From: Syntrophaceae bacterium
GTDB lineage: Bacteria > Desulfobacterota > Syntrophia > Syntrophales > UBA2185
Direction of reading: 5' to 3'
Assembly (NCBI GenBank): GCA_003142295.1
Contig: PLLV01000090.1
Location: 6,458-55,570, forward strand
DNA: 49,113 nucleotides
A model generated the notes under the pieces. It was not told the DNA's origin and did no database searches. It saw nothing but the letters and a program-made list of their open reading frames with translations. Positions 27,966 through 37,136 of the stretch are shown in pieces. A program made the position numbers and the translations under genes. How positions within the stretch are numbered: position 1 is the stretch's first letter; the number at the start of each line of letters is the position of its first letter.

Positions 27966-28556
27966 GTGACGAGAAAGACATTTCTTTTTCCTTTAATGAT
28001 GCTTCTGCTATCTGCGCTTGTCGGCTGCGGAGGAATCCGCTATTCCCATGTCGCCCCGGAAGCAAAGGATTTCCATCCCAAAAGAGTCGGTGTGCTGTCC
28101 GCTGATGTGGGGACATATGAAGAGGCAAGAGGGGTAATTGACCAGATCATCGCAGGTGTGCTCGTTGATACAAAGTGGTTTACTGATGTTGTTGCTGCGG
28201 ATAAAATGAATAACCGGATTAAGTCCAGTGAGGAACTTCAGAAGGTGTTTGTCGATTATATCTCCAAGCTCAGAGCAGTCAACTTTTCCGATCCTGATCT
28301 GAGTCGCAAGCTCGGTGAAATGATAAAAGTCGATGCCTTCCTGTTGGTCAACGTTGATTACTGGAATTACACTAAGGAAAACGATGACAAGGTAGCCAAA
28401 GTAGTCATGGGCGTCAAAATGATCGATGCAGCTTCCGGCAAAATAATGTGGAATGCAGGGCATCATGAAGCAGAGGCCTATATACTTATGAAACCTGCCC
28501 TTCCTGATGTGGCAAAGAGCCTCGTCAAAAAGATGATAAAAGAGATGCCCCATTAA
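27966..28556 (+). CDS. Putative lipoprotein
   Basis: GTG start; basic residues, hydrophobic stretch and lipobox LVGC; MIDAASGKIMW motif seen in CsgG/LpoB-like lipoproteins. Confidence 0.75.
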   Translation: MTRKTFLFPLMMLLLSALVGCGGIRYSHVAPEAKDFHPKRVGVLSADVGTYEEARGVIDQIIAGVLVDTKWFTDVVAADKMNNRIKSSEELQKVFVDYISKLRAVNFSDPDLSRKLGEMIKVDAFLLVNVDYWNYTKENDDKVAKVVMGVKMIDAASGKIMWNAGHHEAEAYILMKPALPDVAKSLVKKMIKEMPH

Positions 28557-28646
28557 TCCGAGGGCACCTATAAAGAGACCAGGGGCAAACTTTTTTGATC
28601 GTCTACAGCTTGCCCTTGATGCTGTTAATGAATGGAGGTTATGTAT

Positions 28647-28871
28647 ATGAAAGAAGAAGTACGCAGTGCAATAGAGCGTATCCGGCCCAATCTGCAGGCG
28701 GACGGAGGTGACGTTGAGCTTGTTGACGTGAATGATGAAGGTATTGTCAAAGTGAAACTTCTGGGAGCCTGCCGCGGCTGTCCCATGTCGCAAATGACCC
28801 TGAAAATGGGGATACAGAAATATTTGCAGAAGGAAGTTCCTGGAGTAAAAGACGTCGTTTCCGTGACGTAA
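28647..28871 (+). CDS. NifU/NfuA-type Fe-S scaffold (Nfu domain)
   Basis: IRPNLQADGGDVELV, LLGACRGCPMSQMTLKMGI; GGAGG SD. Confidence 0.95.
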   Translation: MKEEVRSAIERIRPNLQADGGDVELVDVNDEGIVKVKLLGACRGCPMSQMTLKMGIQKYLQKEVPGVKDVVSVT

Positions 28872-28921
28872 ATTTTTCAGTAAGGGTCTTTATCTAAAAA
28901 ACCCATAGAGTAAAAAAATAA

Positions 28922-29113
<192 letters not shown>

Positions 29114-29136
29114 AGTCAAGACCAGCATATGAGGTC

Positions 29137-29192
29137 AAAAGGGGAAGCCATTCGCCTTGGTCAAGGTCGGGTGCTTTCCCCTCGTTTGTTTT
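29137..29192 (+). terminator. Probable terminator after the ferredoxin gene
   Basis: aggggaagc...gctttcccct stem followed by tttgttttt. Confidence 0.6.
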
Positions 29193-29224
29193 TACTGATG
29201 CCCTTCCATTGAACGACTTCCACT

Positions 29225-29306
29225 TGTCATTTCGACTGAGAGGAGAAATTTTGCAACCTGTGCATAGCAAGCAAAATTCCTCGTCGCTTTTCTTTTTGGA
29301 ATGACA
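29225..29306. repeat. GTCATT...AATGAC palindromic element
   Basis: tgtcatttcg...gagaaattttgc / gcaaaattcctc...ggaatgaca. Confidence 0.6.
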
Positions 29307-29352
29307 TAAAATACATATCTCTATTAAAAAGTCTCCGGTTAAGATTGTCACT

Positions 29353-30015
29353 ATGGAACGATTTATCACCTTTGAAGGCATCGAAGGTTGCGGGAAATCA
29401 ACCCAGGTAAACCTCGCTGGAAGCTATCTTAAACAGCACAGTATACCGTTTATCACTACAGAAGAGCCGGGAGGAACGCCCATCGGAAGAAGGGTCAGAG
29501 AGATGCTCCTGAATAAAGCCCCATATGATTCAGCAAATAATAAGATGTGCGCTGAAACTGAGCTTCTTCTCTTCTCCGCGGCCAGGGCACAGCATGTCAG
29601 AGAGGTGATTCTTCCAGCATTAAAAGATGGAAAAGTGATATTATGTGACCGGTTTTCTGATGCAACGATTGCCTACCAGGGTTTCGGCAGGGGCTTAGAT
29701 ATCGACTTGATCAGACTCATTAACGACTTTTCTTCCGATGGTCTGAAGCCGGACTTCACACTTCTTTTTGATCTGCCGGTTGAGATGGGTCTAAAAAGGG
29801 CCATGGAAAGAATTTCCAGCAATAAGGGGATTCCAGCGGAAGATCGATTTGAGAGGGAGGCATTGGAGTTTCACAGCAGAGTGAGGGAGGGTTATCTGTC
29901 CCTTGTGAGAAACGAACCTGATCGATTCCGAATCGTCGATGCGTCAAAGGATATCGAATCTGTCCATCATGAAGTCTGTGTCCATCTCTCACAATTCACA
30001 AACGAGAAGCTCTAA
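29353..30015 (+). CDS. tmk: Thymidylate kinase
   Basis: FITFEGIEGCGKST, EPGGT, LLFSAARAQH, CDRF, AYQG.GRG. Confidence 0.97.
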   Translation: MERFITFEGIEGCGKSTQVNLAGSYLKQHSIPFITTEEPGGTPIGRRVREMLLNKAPYDSANNKMCAETELLLFSAARAQHVREVILPALKDGKVILCDRFSDATIAYQGFGRGLDIDLIRLINDFSSDGLKPDFTLLFDLPVEMGLKRAMERISSNKGIPAEDRFEREALEFHSRVREGYLSLVRNEPDRFRIVDASKDIESVHHEVCVHLSQFTNEKL

Positions 30016-30124
30016 GTATAAAATCCCAATTCTTAAAACAGCATCAAAATTCTCATAGCCAAACCTATGGGATTTTTGATATGAGAGTTCCTGTATTGTT
30101 TAGACCTCAGAAAAGGTTGGTTTC

Positions 30125-31114
30125 ATGTCTTTCAAAGATATTTATGGTCATGAAAAACAGGTAAAGGTCCTTCAAACGGCGATGGCAAGGGATCGTATTC
30201 CCCATGCGTATCTTTTTTACGGCGCGGAAGGTGTCGGGAAAAGGACCGTGGCGGAGGTATTTGCCAAGGCACTGAATTGCGCAACGGGGCGGGACAGCCT
30301 CGATGCGTGCGATGTATGTCCTTCCTGCCTGAAGATAGATCACGGGAATCATTCCGATGTTATTACGATAAGGGCTCAAGGGCAATTCATAAAAATTCAG
30401 GAAATCAGAGAACTCCAGGAGCAGATGAAATTCAGCCCCTTTGAAGGAGGGAAACGAATTTTTATCATCGGAGATGCTGACAGGATGAATATCGCTTCTG
30501 CTAATGCCATCCTGAAAACACTTGAAGAGCCCTCGGCATCAAATATATTGGTATTGCTCACTTCACGCCCCCATCAGCTTCCTGCTACTGTTCTATCCAG
30601 GTGCCAGCACTTGAGGTTTAATCCACTTAGGCGGGAAACTGTTGCTTCGTTCTTAGAGGAAAAATTATCACTGGACCGTAAATTGGCCCATTCGATCGCC
30701 TTATCGTCGGGCGGCAGCATCGGGAAGGCCCGGGCAATGAATGATGAGTCATATCTGACAACAAGGGCGACAGTCCTTGATATAATTGCAAGGATCAAAA
30801 CGAAAAATCCCCTCGAGCTGTTAGCCGCTCTCAATGATTTTGGACAGGAAAGAAAAGATATTATGGAAAGGCTCGGCATCTTAATGACCGGTTACAGGGA
30901 TGCATTGGTGTATAAGGAAACCGGCGATGCGGACAGTCTTATCAATCAGGATTATATTGATATCATAAAGTCTGTTGCCGAGAGTGAATCGGGCCGCGAT
31001 ATTGTGAGCTGCATAAGGGCTGTGGATCGGGCATTCCACACACTAAATCAGAATGCCAATAAACAATTGACTTTAGAGGTCATGATGTTTACACTTGGTA
31101 GGTATCGTGAATAA
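30125..31114 (+). CDS. holB: DNA polymerase III delta-prime subunit
   Basis: PHAYLFYG.EGVGK, zinc-binding Cys cluster, ANAILKTLEEP, TVLSRC; follows tmk. Confidence 0.95.
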   Translation: MSFKDIYGHEKQVKVLQTAMARDRIPHAYLFYGAEGVGKRTVAEVFAKALNCATGRDSLDACDVCPSCLKIDHGNHSDVITIRAQGQFIKIQEIRELQEQMKFSPFEGGKRIFIIGDADRMNIASANAILKTLEEPSASNILVLLTSRPHQLPATVLSRCQHLRFNPLRRETVASFLEEKLSLDRKLAHSIALSSGGSIGKARAMNDESYLTTRATVLDIIARIKTKNPLELLAALNDFGQERKDIMERLGILMTGYRDALVYKETGDADSLINQDYIDIIKSVAESESGRDIVSCIRAVDRAFHTLNQNANKQLTLEVMMFTLGRYRE

Positions 31115-31216
31115 TTGGTTTTCTGTCATTACACAGGTAGCAGCATCCAACCTACCGACAAATGGGTAATGGCTGATTAAGACCAGTTCGAGTAACGGGA
31201 AAAGGAGCAAGTAAAT

Positions 31217-32005
31217 CTGAAAAATATTGTCGGCATAAAGTTTCGAAAAGATGGAAAGATATATAACTTTGAAGCTGCTGATCTCCAGCTTGCGAAAAAC
31301 GATCAGGTTATTGTCAATACGGAAAACGGCATGTCTTGGGGTACAATTATTACTCCAGTGATGCCTGTGCCGATTAATAAACTGCCGAATGGTCTCAAGA
31401 GTGTCGTCCGCAAGGTTACAGAGGAAGATTTCAGAATCAAGAAAGAGAATGAAACCCTGGAACAGGAGTCCCGCCAATTCTGCCTGGAGAAAATCAAGGC
31501 ACGGGATCTTCCCATGAAGCTGATTGACGTGGAATGTCTCTTCGATAAGAGCCAGATAGTATTTTATTTCACAGCGGAAAGCCGGGTAGATTTTCGGGAA
31601 CTCGTAAAGGATCTGGTTCAGCAGTTCAAGATGAGGATTGAGTTAAGGCAGATTGGCGCCCGTCATGAAGCCCGGATGATAGGGGGTCTGGGGATTTGCG
31701 GCAGAGAAGTATGTTGTGCGAATTCGATCCCCAATCTGGACCGGGTATCCGTCAAGATGGCCAAAGAACAGAGTGTGTCTCTGAATCCGGAAAAAATTTC
31801 AGGCCTCTGCGGGAGATTGATGTGTTGCTTGGCCTTTGAATTTGAGGGGTATCAAGATATGAAAAAACACATACCAAAGTGCGGCAAGGTCATAAATGCT
31901 CCTGAAGGGCGCGGCAAGATCATAAGGCAAAATATCCTCAAGGGTGAAATAGTTGTCGAGCTGGAAAGCGGTAAAGAGATTACAGTTAATATAAAAGACT
32001 TGTAG
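31217..32005 (+). CDS. ricT: PSP1/RicT (YaaT) family protein, probable CTG start
   Basis: Frame extended from CTG 31217 (LKNIVGIKFRKDGKIYNF...DQVIVNTENG) matches the family N-terminus; RVDFRELV, RIELRQIG, CGREVCC, KISGLCGRLMCCL. Confidence 0.88.
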   Translation: MKNIVGIKFRKDGKIYNFEAADLQLAKNDQVIVNTENGMSWGTIITPVMPVPINKLPNGLKSVVRKVTEEDFRIKKENETLEQESRQFCLEKIKARDLPMKLIDVECLFDKSQIVFYFTAESRVDFRELVKDLVQQFKMRIELRQIGARHEARMIGGLGICGREVCCANSIPNLDRVSVKMAKEQSVSLNPEKISGLCGRLMCCLAFEFEGYQDMKKHIPKCGKVINAPEGRGKIIRQNILKGEIVVELESGKEITVNIKDL

Positions 32006-32066
32006 ATGTGGGATTTTGCAGCTCTCTGTTGATGCCGGCGGCTTTTTAAAAAGAGAGGGATTGTTT

Positions 32067-33971
32067 GTGGAGAAAGCTTATTATATTACGACGCCGATAT
32101 ATTACGTCAATGCCTCGCCGCATATAGGCCATGCCTATACGACTATTGTTGCCGATGTTCTGGCCAGGTATCATCGCCTTTCCGGATACAGGGTATTTTT
32201 TTTGACCGGTACGGATGAGCATGGTGACAAGATCGTCGAAGCCGCCCGGGGAGCCAACACAACCCCTAAAGAATATGCAGACCGCATCAGCGCCCAGTTC
32301 AGGAACCTATGGCCGCAGCTTGCCGTCACCAATGACTATTTCATCAGGACCACCGATACAAACCACGTCGACACTGTCAGACTGATTCTCAAGAAGGTCT
32401 ATGACGCCGGGGACATCTACTTCGGAAAATACGAGGGATACTACTGCGTAGGCTGTGAACGATTTTACACGGAGAAAGAGCTGGTGAACGGGCTCTGTCC
32501 CGATCATAATGCAGCCCCGGAGTATCGGGAAGAGAGTAATTACTTTTTCAAGATGAGCAAGTATAAGGACTGGCTGATAGAGTATATCAAAGATCACCCG
32601 GATTTCATCAGGCCGGAGCGTTACAAGAATGAGGTCCTTGCCTTCTTGAGGGAGCCGCTGGAAGATTTATGCATATCGAGACCGAAGAGCAGGTTGAACT
32701 GGGGAATAACTCTGCCCTTTGATGAAGACTACGTGACGTATGTCTGGTTTGATGCCCTCATCAATTATATTACGGGACCGGGTTATCCGGACGGCGAAAA
32801 GTTCAGGGTATTCTGGCCTAATGCCCAGCATCTTATCGCGAAGGATATCCTCAAGCCGCACGGCATTTACTGGCCCACCATGCTGAAAGCCGCAGGGATT
32901 GAGCCTTACCGGCATCTCAACGTCCATGGCTACTGGATCGTCGACCAGAGCAAGATGTCGAAAAGCCTCGGCAATGTGATCAAGCCCCTGGATTTAAAAG
33001 ATACATATGGCCTCGACCCCTTCCGTTATTTTCTTCTTCGGGAGATGGTTTTTGGTCTTGATTCCAGTTTCAGCGAAGAGAGCTTCGTCCAGAGGATCAA
33101 CTCGGATCTGGCCAATGATCTTGGCAATCTGGTGAGCAGGACCATGACGATGGCTATGAAATACTGCGCCGGAAAAGTGCCTGAAGCGCATACTCAAACT
33201 GAAGAAGACAGGCTGCTTGTGGCGGCTGCAGGCAAGGCCGTTGCTGAGGTGGAGAACTGTTTCCAGGAACTTACGCTCCACAGGGCCTTGATTGCCATCT
33301 GGGATTTTATCAACGTGACGAATAAATATATCGTCGAGCAGGAGCCGTGGAGACTTGGTCAGGATACGGCAAATAAGAGCCGGCTGGAGACTGTTATCTA
33401 CAATCTCCTCGAATCGCTTCGTATCATTGCCATCCTGGTCTCTCCTTTCATGCCTGGTTCGGCAGAGAAGATTATGGATCAGTTGGGCATCACGAGCGCA
33501 GATTCGCAGGATTTTGACAGTATCCGAAGCTGGGGAGGGATCACGCATGGAAAAAGTATCAAGAGATCTGATGCGCTCTTCCCGAGGGTTAAATTTGAAA
33601 AAGAAAGGGAGAAACCGGAGGTGACAGAGAAAGAGATTCAACCGGTAAAGCCGCTAATGGATTATGCAGATTTCGAGAAGGTGGACCTTCGCGTTGCCAA
33701 GGTCATCGAGGCGGAGGCCGTTCCCAAATCCAGCAAGCTCCTGAAGCTCACGATCGATATGGGTGAAAAAAGGACTCTTGTGGCGGGCATAGCAAAGGAT
33801 TACAAGCCGGAAGACCTCATCGGGAAAAAAATCGTCGTTGTGGCAAACCTGAAACCGACAAAGATGATGGGTATAGAATCCCAGGCTATGCTCCTTGCTG
33901 CCGATACGGAAGATGGCCTGACGCTCCTGTGTTTCGATAGAGAACCCGTCACGGGGGCAAGAATCCGGTAA
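32067..33971 (+). CDS. metG: Methionine--tRNA ligase with C-terminal tRNA-binding domain
   Basis: YITTPIYYVN, HIGH, GTDEHG, YVWFDALINY, KMSKS, NLKP. Confidence 0.98.
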   Translation: MEKAYYITTPIYYVNASPHIGHAYTTIVADVLARYHRLSGYRVFFLTGTDEHGDKIVEAARGANTTPKEYADRISAQFRNLWPQLAVTNDYFIRTTDTNHVDTVRLILKKVYDAGDIYFGKYEGYYCVGCERFYTEKELVNGLCPDHNAAPEYREESNYFFKMSKYKDWLIEYIKDHPDFIRPERYKNEVLAFLREPLEDLCISRPKSRLNWGITLPFDEDYVTYVWFDALINYITGPGYPDGEKFRVFWPNAQHLIAKDILKPHGIYWPTMLKAAGIEPYRHLNVHGYWIVDQSKMSKSLGNVIKPLDLKDTYGLDPFRYFLLREMVFGLDSSFSEESFVQRINSDLANDLGNLVSRTMTMAMKYCAGKVPEAHTQTEEDRLLVAAAGKAVAEVENCFQELTLHRALIAIWDFINVTNKYIVEQEPWRLGQDTANKSRLETVIYNLLESLRIIAILVSPFMPGSAEKIMDQLGITSADSQDFDSIRSWGGITHGKSIKRSDALFPRVKFEKEREKPEVTEKEIQPVKPLMDYADFEKVDLRVAKVIEAEAVPKSSKLLKLTIDMGEKRTLVAGIAKDYKPEDLIGKKIVVVANLKPTKMMGIESQAMLLAADTEDGLTLLCFDREPVTGARIR

Positions 33972-34025
33972 ACGGGTGATTCCTCATAGCCAGAATGAAT
34001 CAGAGACATCCTTATCTCAACAGCA

Positions 34026-34895
34026 ATGAATGAAAAACCTCATCCGGAAGATATAGCCGGCGGCCAGGCTATTATAGAAGGCGTAATGATGCGGCACGGG
34101 AATAAGATCGCAGCCGCCGTAAGAAAGCCTGACAAAGAAATAGCTATCCGGGAACAGTATTATGTTCCGCTTACCAAGAGATATAAATGTCTGGGGCTGG
34201 CATTTATACGCGGATCCGTCACCCTTTTGGAAATGATGGTGATCGGTATGAAATGCCTTATGTATTCTGCCGAGCTGGCCTTGACGGAAAATGATGTGAA
34301 GCCGAAAAAATGGGAAATGACAATTTCAGTCATAATTGGTTTGGGCACGGCCATATTTTTTTTCGTTGTCGTCCCCGCTTACTGCTTTTCAGTGTTGAAA
34401 GGTTTCATATCAAGCACAATTCTCTTGAACATAGTAGAGGGTTTTATTCGTCTGGGGATTTTCCTGTGTTTCCTGGGTACCACCCTTTTGATGGAAGACA
34501 TGAGGCGGGTATTCATGTATCATGGGGCGGAGCATAAGACCGTATTCGCCTGGGAAAATGGTCAGGAATTGACCGTGGAAAATATCAAGAAATTCTCTAC
34601 ACGCCATCCGCGCTGCGGGACGAGTTTTGTCCTCGTCGTTATGATCACGGCAATCCTGGTATTTTCACTCCTCGGGAGGCCTGACTTTGTGCACAGAGTT
34701 TTCTATAAACTCATGCTGCTTCCTGTTATTGCCGGAATTTCATATGAGATTATTCGCTTTACCGGAAGAAAGAGAGACTTGAAATGGGTACAAATCTTGA
34801 GCTGGCCGGGATTACTATTGCAAAAGATCACCACTAGGGAGCCAACGGACGACCAAATCGAAACAGCCATTGCCGCAATGAAGAAGGTCATTTAG
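34026..34895 (+). CDS. DUF1385 family membrane protein
   Basis: GGQAIIEGVMMR, YHGAEHK, HPRCGTSF, TTREP. Confidence 0.92.
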   Translation: MNEKPHPEDIAGGQAIIEGVMMRHGNKIAAAVRKPDKEIAIREQYYVPLTKRYKCLGLAFIRGSVTLLEMMVIGMKCLMYSAELALTENDVKPKKWEMTISVIIGLGTAIFFFVVVPAYCFSVLKGFISSTILLNIVEGFIRLGIFLCFLGTTLLMEDMRRVFMYHGAEHKTVFAWENGQELTVENIKKFSTRHPRCGTSFVLVVMITAILVFSLLGRPDFVHRVFYKLMLLPVIAGISYEIIRFTGRKRDLKWVQILSWPGLLLQKITTREPTDDQIETAIAAMKKVI

Positions 34896-34904
34896 GTGCC
34901 GAAA

Positions 34905-35145
34905 ATGAAAGTAAAACAGTTGGCAAAAGAGAGTTTTCTTATTCCTGCAATTTTAGTGTTGTCCTTCATAGCCTTATCAACCCTTAAATTCATCTAAATT
35001 CATCTCCATGGATGATGAAAGATTCGTTCACCTAAAGAAGTTGATACAGTACAACATGGCAATGCGGAACGTGTCGATGCCGAACTTCGGCGTCCTGCCT
35101 TCAGCTGATATGGAGCGGTGCATATTTAAAATACAGGATATATAG
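34905..35145 (+). pseudogene. Small single-TM protein gene frameshifted by a 10-bp tandem duplication
   Basis: taaattcatc is duplicated at 34985-34994 and 34995-35004; removing one copy gives a 76-aa ORF that fills the gap exactly. Confidence 0.5.
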
Positions 35146-35151
35146 GTTAGT

Positions 35152-35382
35152 ATGTCTGAATCTGAAGATCCAAAAATAAAAAAAGCAAATATCCGCCTGA
35201 CGGACGGATCCCACGTAAAAGGTCAGATTAATATCAAGGACCATGACAGGCTTTCCGACCTGCTCAATGTCGGCGAAGACCCTTTTATCGTCTTATTCAA
35301 TGCTACAATCCCTGGCGGTCTCGGTGGAAAGGTAATTTTCGTCAGCAAGAGTCAGATTCTGTGGATCTGCCCCGAAGACTGA
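35152..35382 (+). CDS. Small hypothetical protein (DUF6812-like)
   Basis: GQINI...RLSDLLN...FIVLFNAT...IFVSKSQILWICP. Confidence 0.75.
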   Translation: MSESEDPKIKKANIRLTDGSHVKGQINIKDHDRLSDLLNVGEDPFIVLFNATIPGGLGGKVIFVSKSQILWICPED

Positions 35383-35467
35383 ATATAACTATCGTCCATT
35401 ATTCCTTCGCCTCCAAATCCAAGGATAAACGAAATCAATTATACCTCGGCAACATTCGTGTGGGAGT

Positions 35468-36265
35468 CTATGTCTTTTGAAAAATATACGAAGAGCCTTT
35501 AAATGATGAAAGTGTATGTGTTTGAGAAGGTAGCCTCTCGTGGCTTCCGATAATGAAAAATCCACCGTCATCAAGGCTATCCAAAACATTCAGAAAGACG
35601 GAAGAGATGCTTTCCTCGCGGTAATAGGTGAACAGGCTGTTTCTTAAGAATATGATTTGAAACACCTCTGCAGGGGGCCGCTCTTTCATCAGATTATGCA
35701 CTTCCCACGCGATATTCTTTTTCAAATAATCCGCCACACAGTAGTCTTTCCGGTCCTCACATGCGTGGAAATAAACCGATTTAATTTCGTCCGACAATAC
35801 TTTTAGACTGCTTCTGCCATAGACCCCTGCCATGGCTTTACCTATGTAATCGGGATTAATGTCGGTAGCCCGGATCCGAAGTTCAGGCAGAGCGGAGCGC
35901 TTTTTTTTCAGCATGTCCCACTTTATTGCAAGGCTGTAGGCTTCCTGTCCCAGCGCGCAACCTGCCGACCAGGCATGAATTTTTTCATTGTGTCCGGCTG
36001 TGATGTCCGGGAGAATTTCCTCTTCGAGAGTGCGCCACAGATTTTGATCACGGAAAAAATGGCTTATAGAAACGCTCATGAGCCTTTCGACCTCTTTCAA
36101 AATCTCGGGGTCGGTCAGAGCTTGAAGATAGTCATCCATAGTCGGCAAGCCAAGCTCCCGCATATGACGGCCAATGCGTTTCTTAACGCCTTTTCTCACC
36201 TTGGCGTAACCCTGCCAGGAGAGACCGAGCCGGTTCATGAGCTGCCTGAAGGAATTATCGTCCAT
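35468..36265 (-). CDS. Orphan CheR-type methyltransferase
   Basis: SISHFFRD, WSAGCALGQEAYSLA, ATDIN, HNL, IFLRN, GSHE. Confidence 0.9.
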   Translation of the reverse strand: MDDNSFRQLMNRLGLSWQGYAKVRKGVKKRIGRHMRELGLPTMDDYLQALTDPEILKEVERLMSVSISHFFRDQNLWRTLEEEILPDITAGHNEKIHAWSAGCALGQEAYSLAIKWDMLKKKRSALPELRIRATDINPDYIGKAMAGVYGRSSLKVLSDEIKSVYFHACEDRKDYCVADYLKKNIAWEVHNLMKERPPAEVFQIIFLRNSLFTYYREESISSVFLNVLDSLDDGGFFIIGSHERLPSQTHTLSSFKGSSYIFQKT

Positions 36266-36394
36266 AAACAATGCGATAGTAAATAAAATAGTGATTGATA
36301 TACTCTTACCACGACGAAGGACGGAGCGCAATGCAGCAGGACCGTCCCTATGCAGGCGGGGCACCTTTGCATGAAGCCGTAAGAATATACAGGC

Positions 36395-36423
36395 TTGACA
36401 AGAAACACCCGTTTCTCCATAAT
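36395..36423 (+). promoter_or_regulatory. Sigma-70 promoter for the LUD-ispB unit
   Basis: TTGACA-N17-CATAAT. Confidence 0.6.
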
Positions 36424-36464
36424 GCCCAAAAATCGGAGCGTCCAATCAAAGCAGGAGGTATGAC

Positions 36465-37118
36465 ATGGACAGTTCTGTCGATAGGTTCTGGCAGATCAGG
36501 CTTGGGGATATTAAACTATCCCTGGAGGCAAATAACTTCGATGTGTTTGTGGCTCAAAATGCTTCCGAAGCAAAAAATATTGTGCTTAAAGAAATTATTC
36601 CCACGATTGCCCCCAAGAGCATTTCCTGGGGCGGCTCCATGACATTCGTCGCCACCGGGCTTTATGATGAACTGAAGAACAATAAGAAAATAAAAGTGAT
36701 TGACACATTCGACAAGACCATATCGCGCGAGGACGGCTGGGAGCGACGCCGGCAGGCTCTCCTTGTTGACCTCTTCATTACGGGAACGAATGCCGTTACT
36801 GAATCGGGAATGTTAGTGAACCTTGATATGCTGGGTAATCGTGTCGCGGCTATTACCTTCGGGCCGAAAAATGTCATCATTCTGGTCGGGAGAAATAAAA
36901 TTGTCGCGGACCTGGAAGATGCAGTGATGCGAATCAAGAATTATGTGGCGCCGGTAAATGTCCTGCGGTTGGGCATAAAAAACCCCTGCGCCAAAACATC
37001 GTACTGCGAAGAATGCAAAAGCGGCGGGCGCCTTTGCAACAGTTGGGCGATCACAGAAAAATCCTTCCCGAAAGGCAGGGTGAAGGTCATCCTGATAAAC
37101 GAAGACCTGGGATTATAA
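36465..37118 (+). CDS. LUD-domain (LutC/YkgG family) protein
   Basis: SWGGSMT, DLFITGTNAVT, NLDMLGNRVAA, GRNKIV, C-terminal PC...C.EC...R.C. Confidence 0.88.
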   Translation: MDSSVDRFWQIRLGDIKLSLEANNFDVFVAQNASEAKNIVLKEIIPTIAPKSISWGGSMTFVATGLYDELKNNKKIKVIDTFDKTISREDGWERRRQALLVDLFITGTNAVTESGMLVNLDMLGNRVAAITFGPKNVIILVGRNKIVADLEDAVMRIKNYVAPVNVLRLGIKNPCAKTSYCEECKSGGRLCNSWAITEKSFPKGRVKVILINEDLGL

Positions 37119-37136
37119 TCATATAAGGATCGCTTC

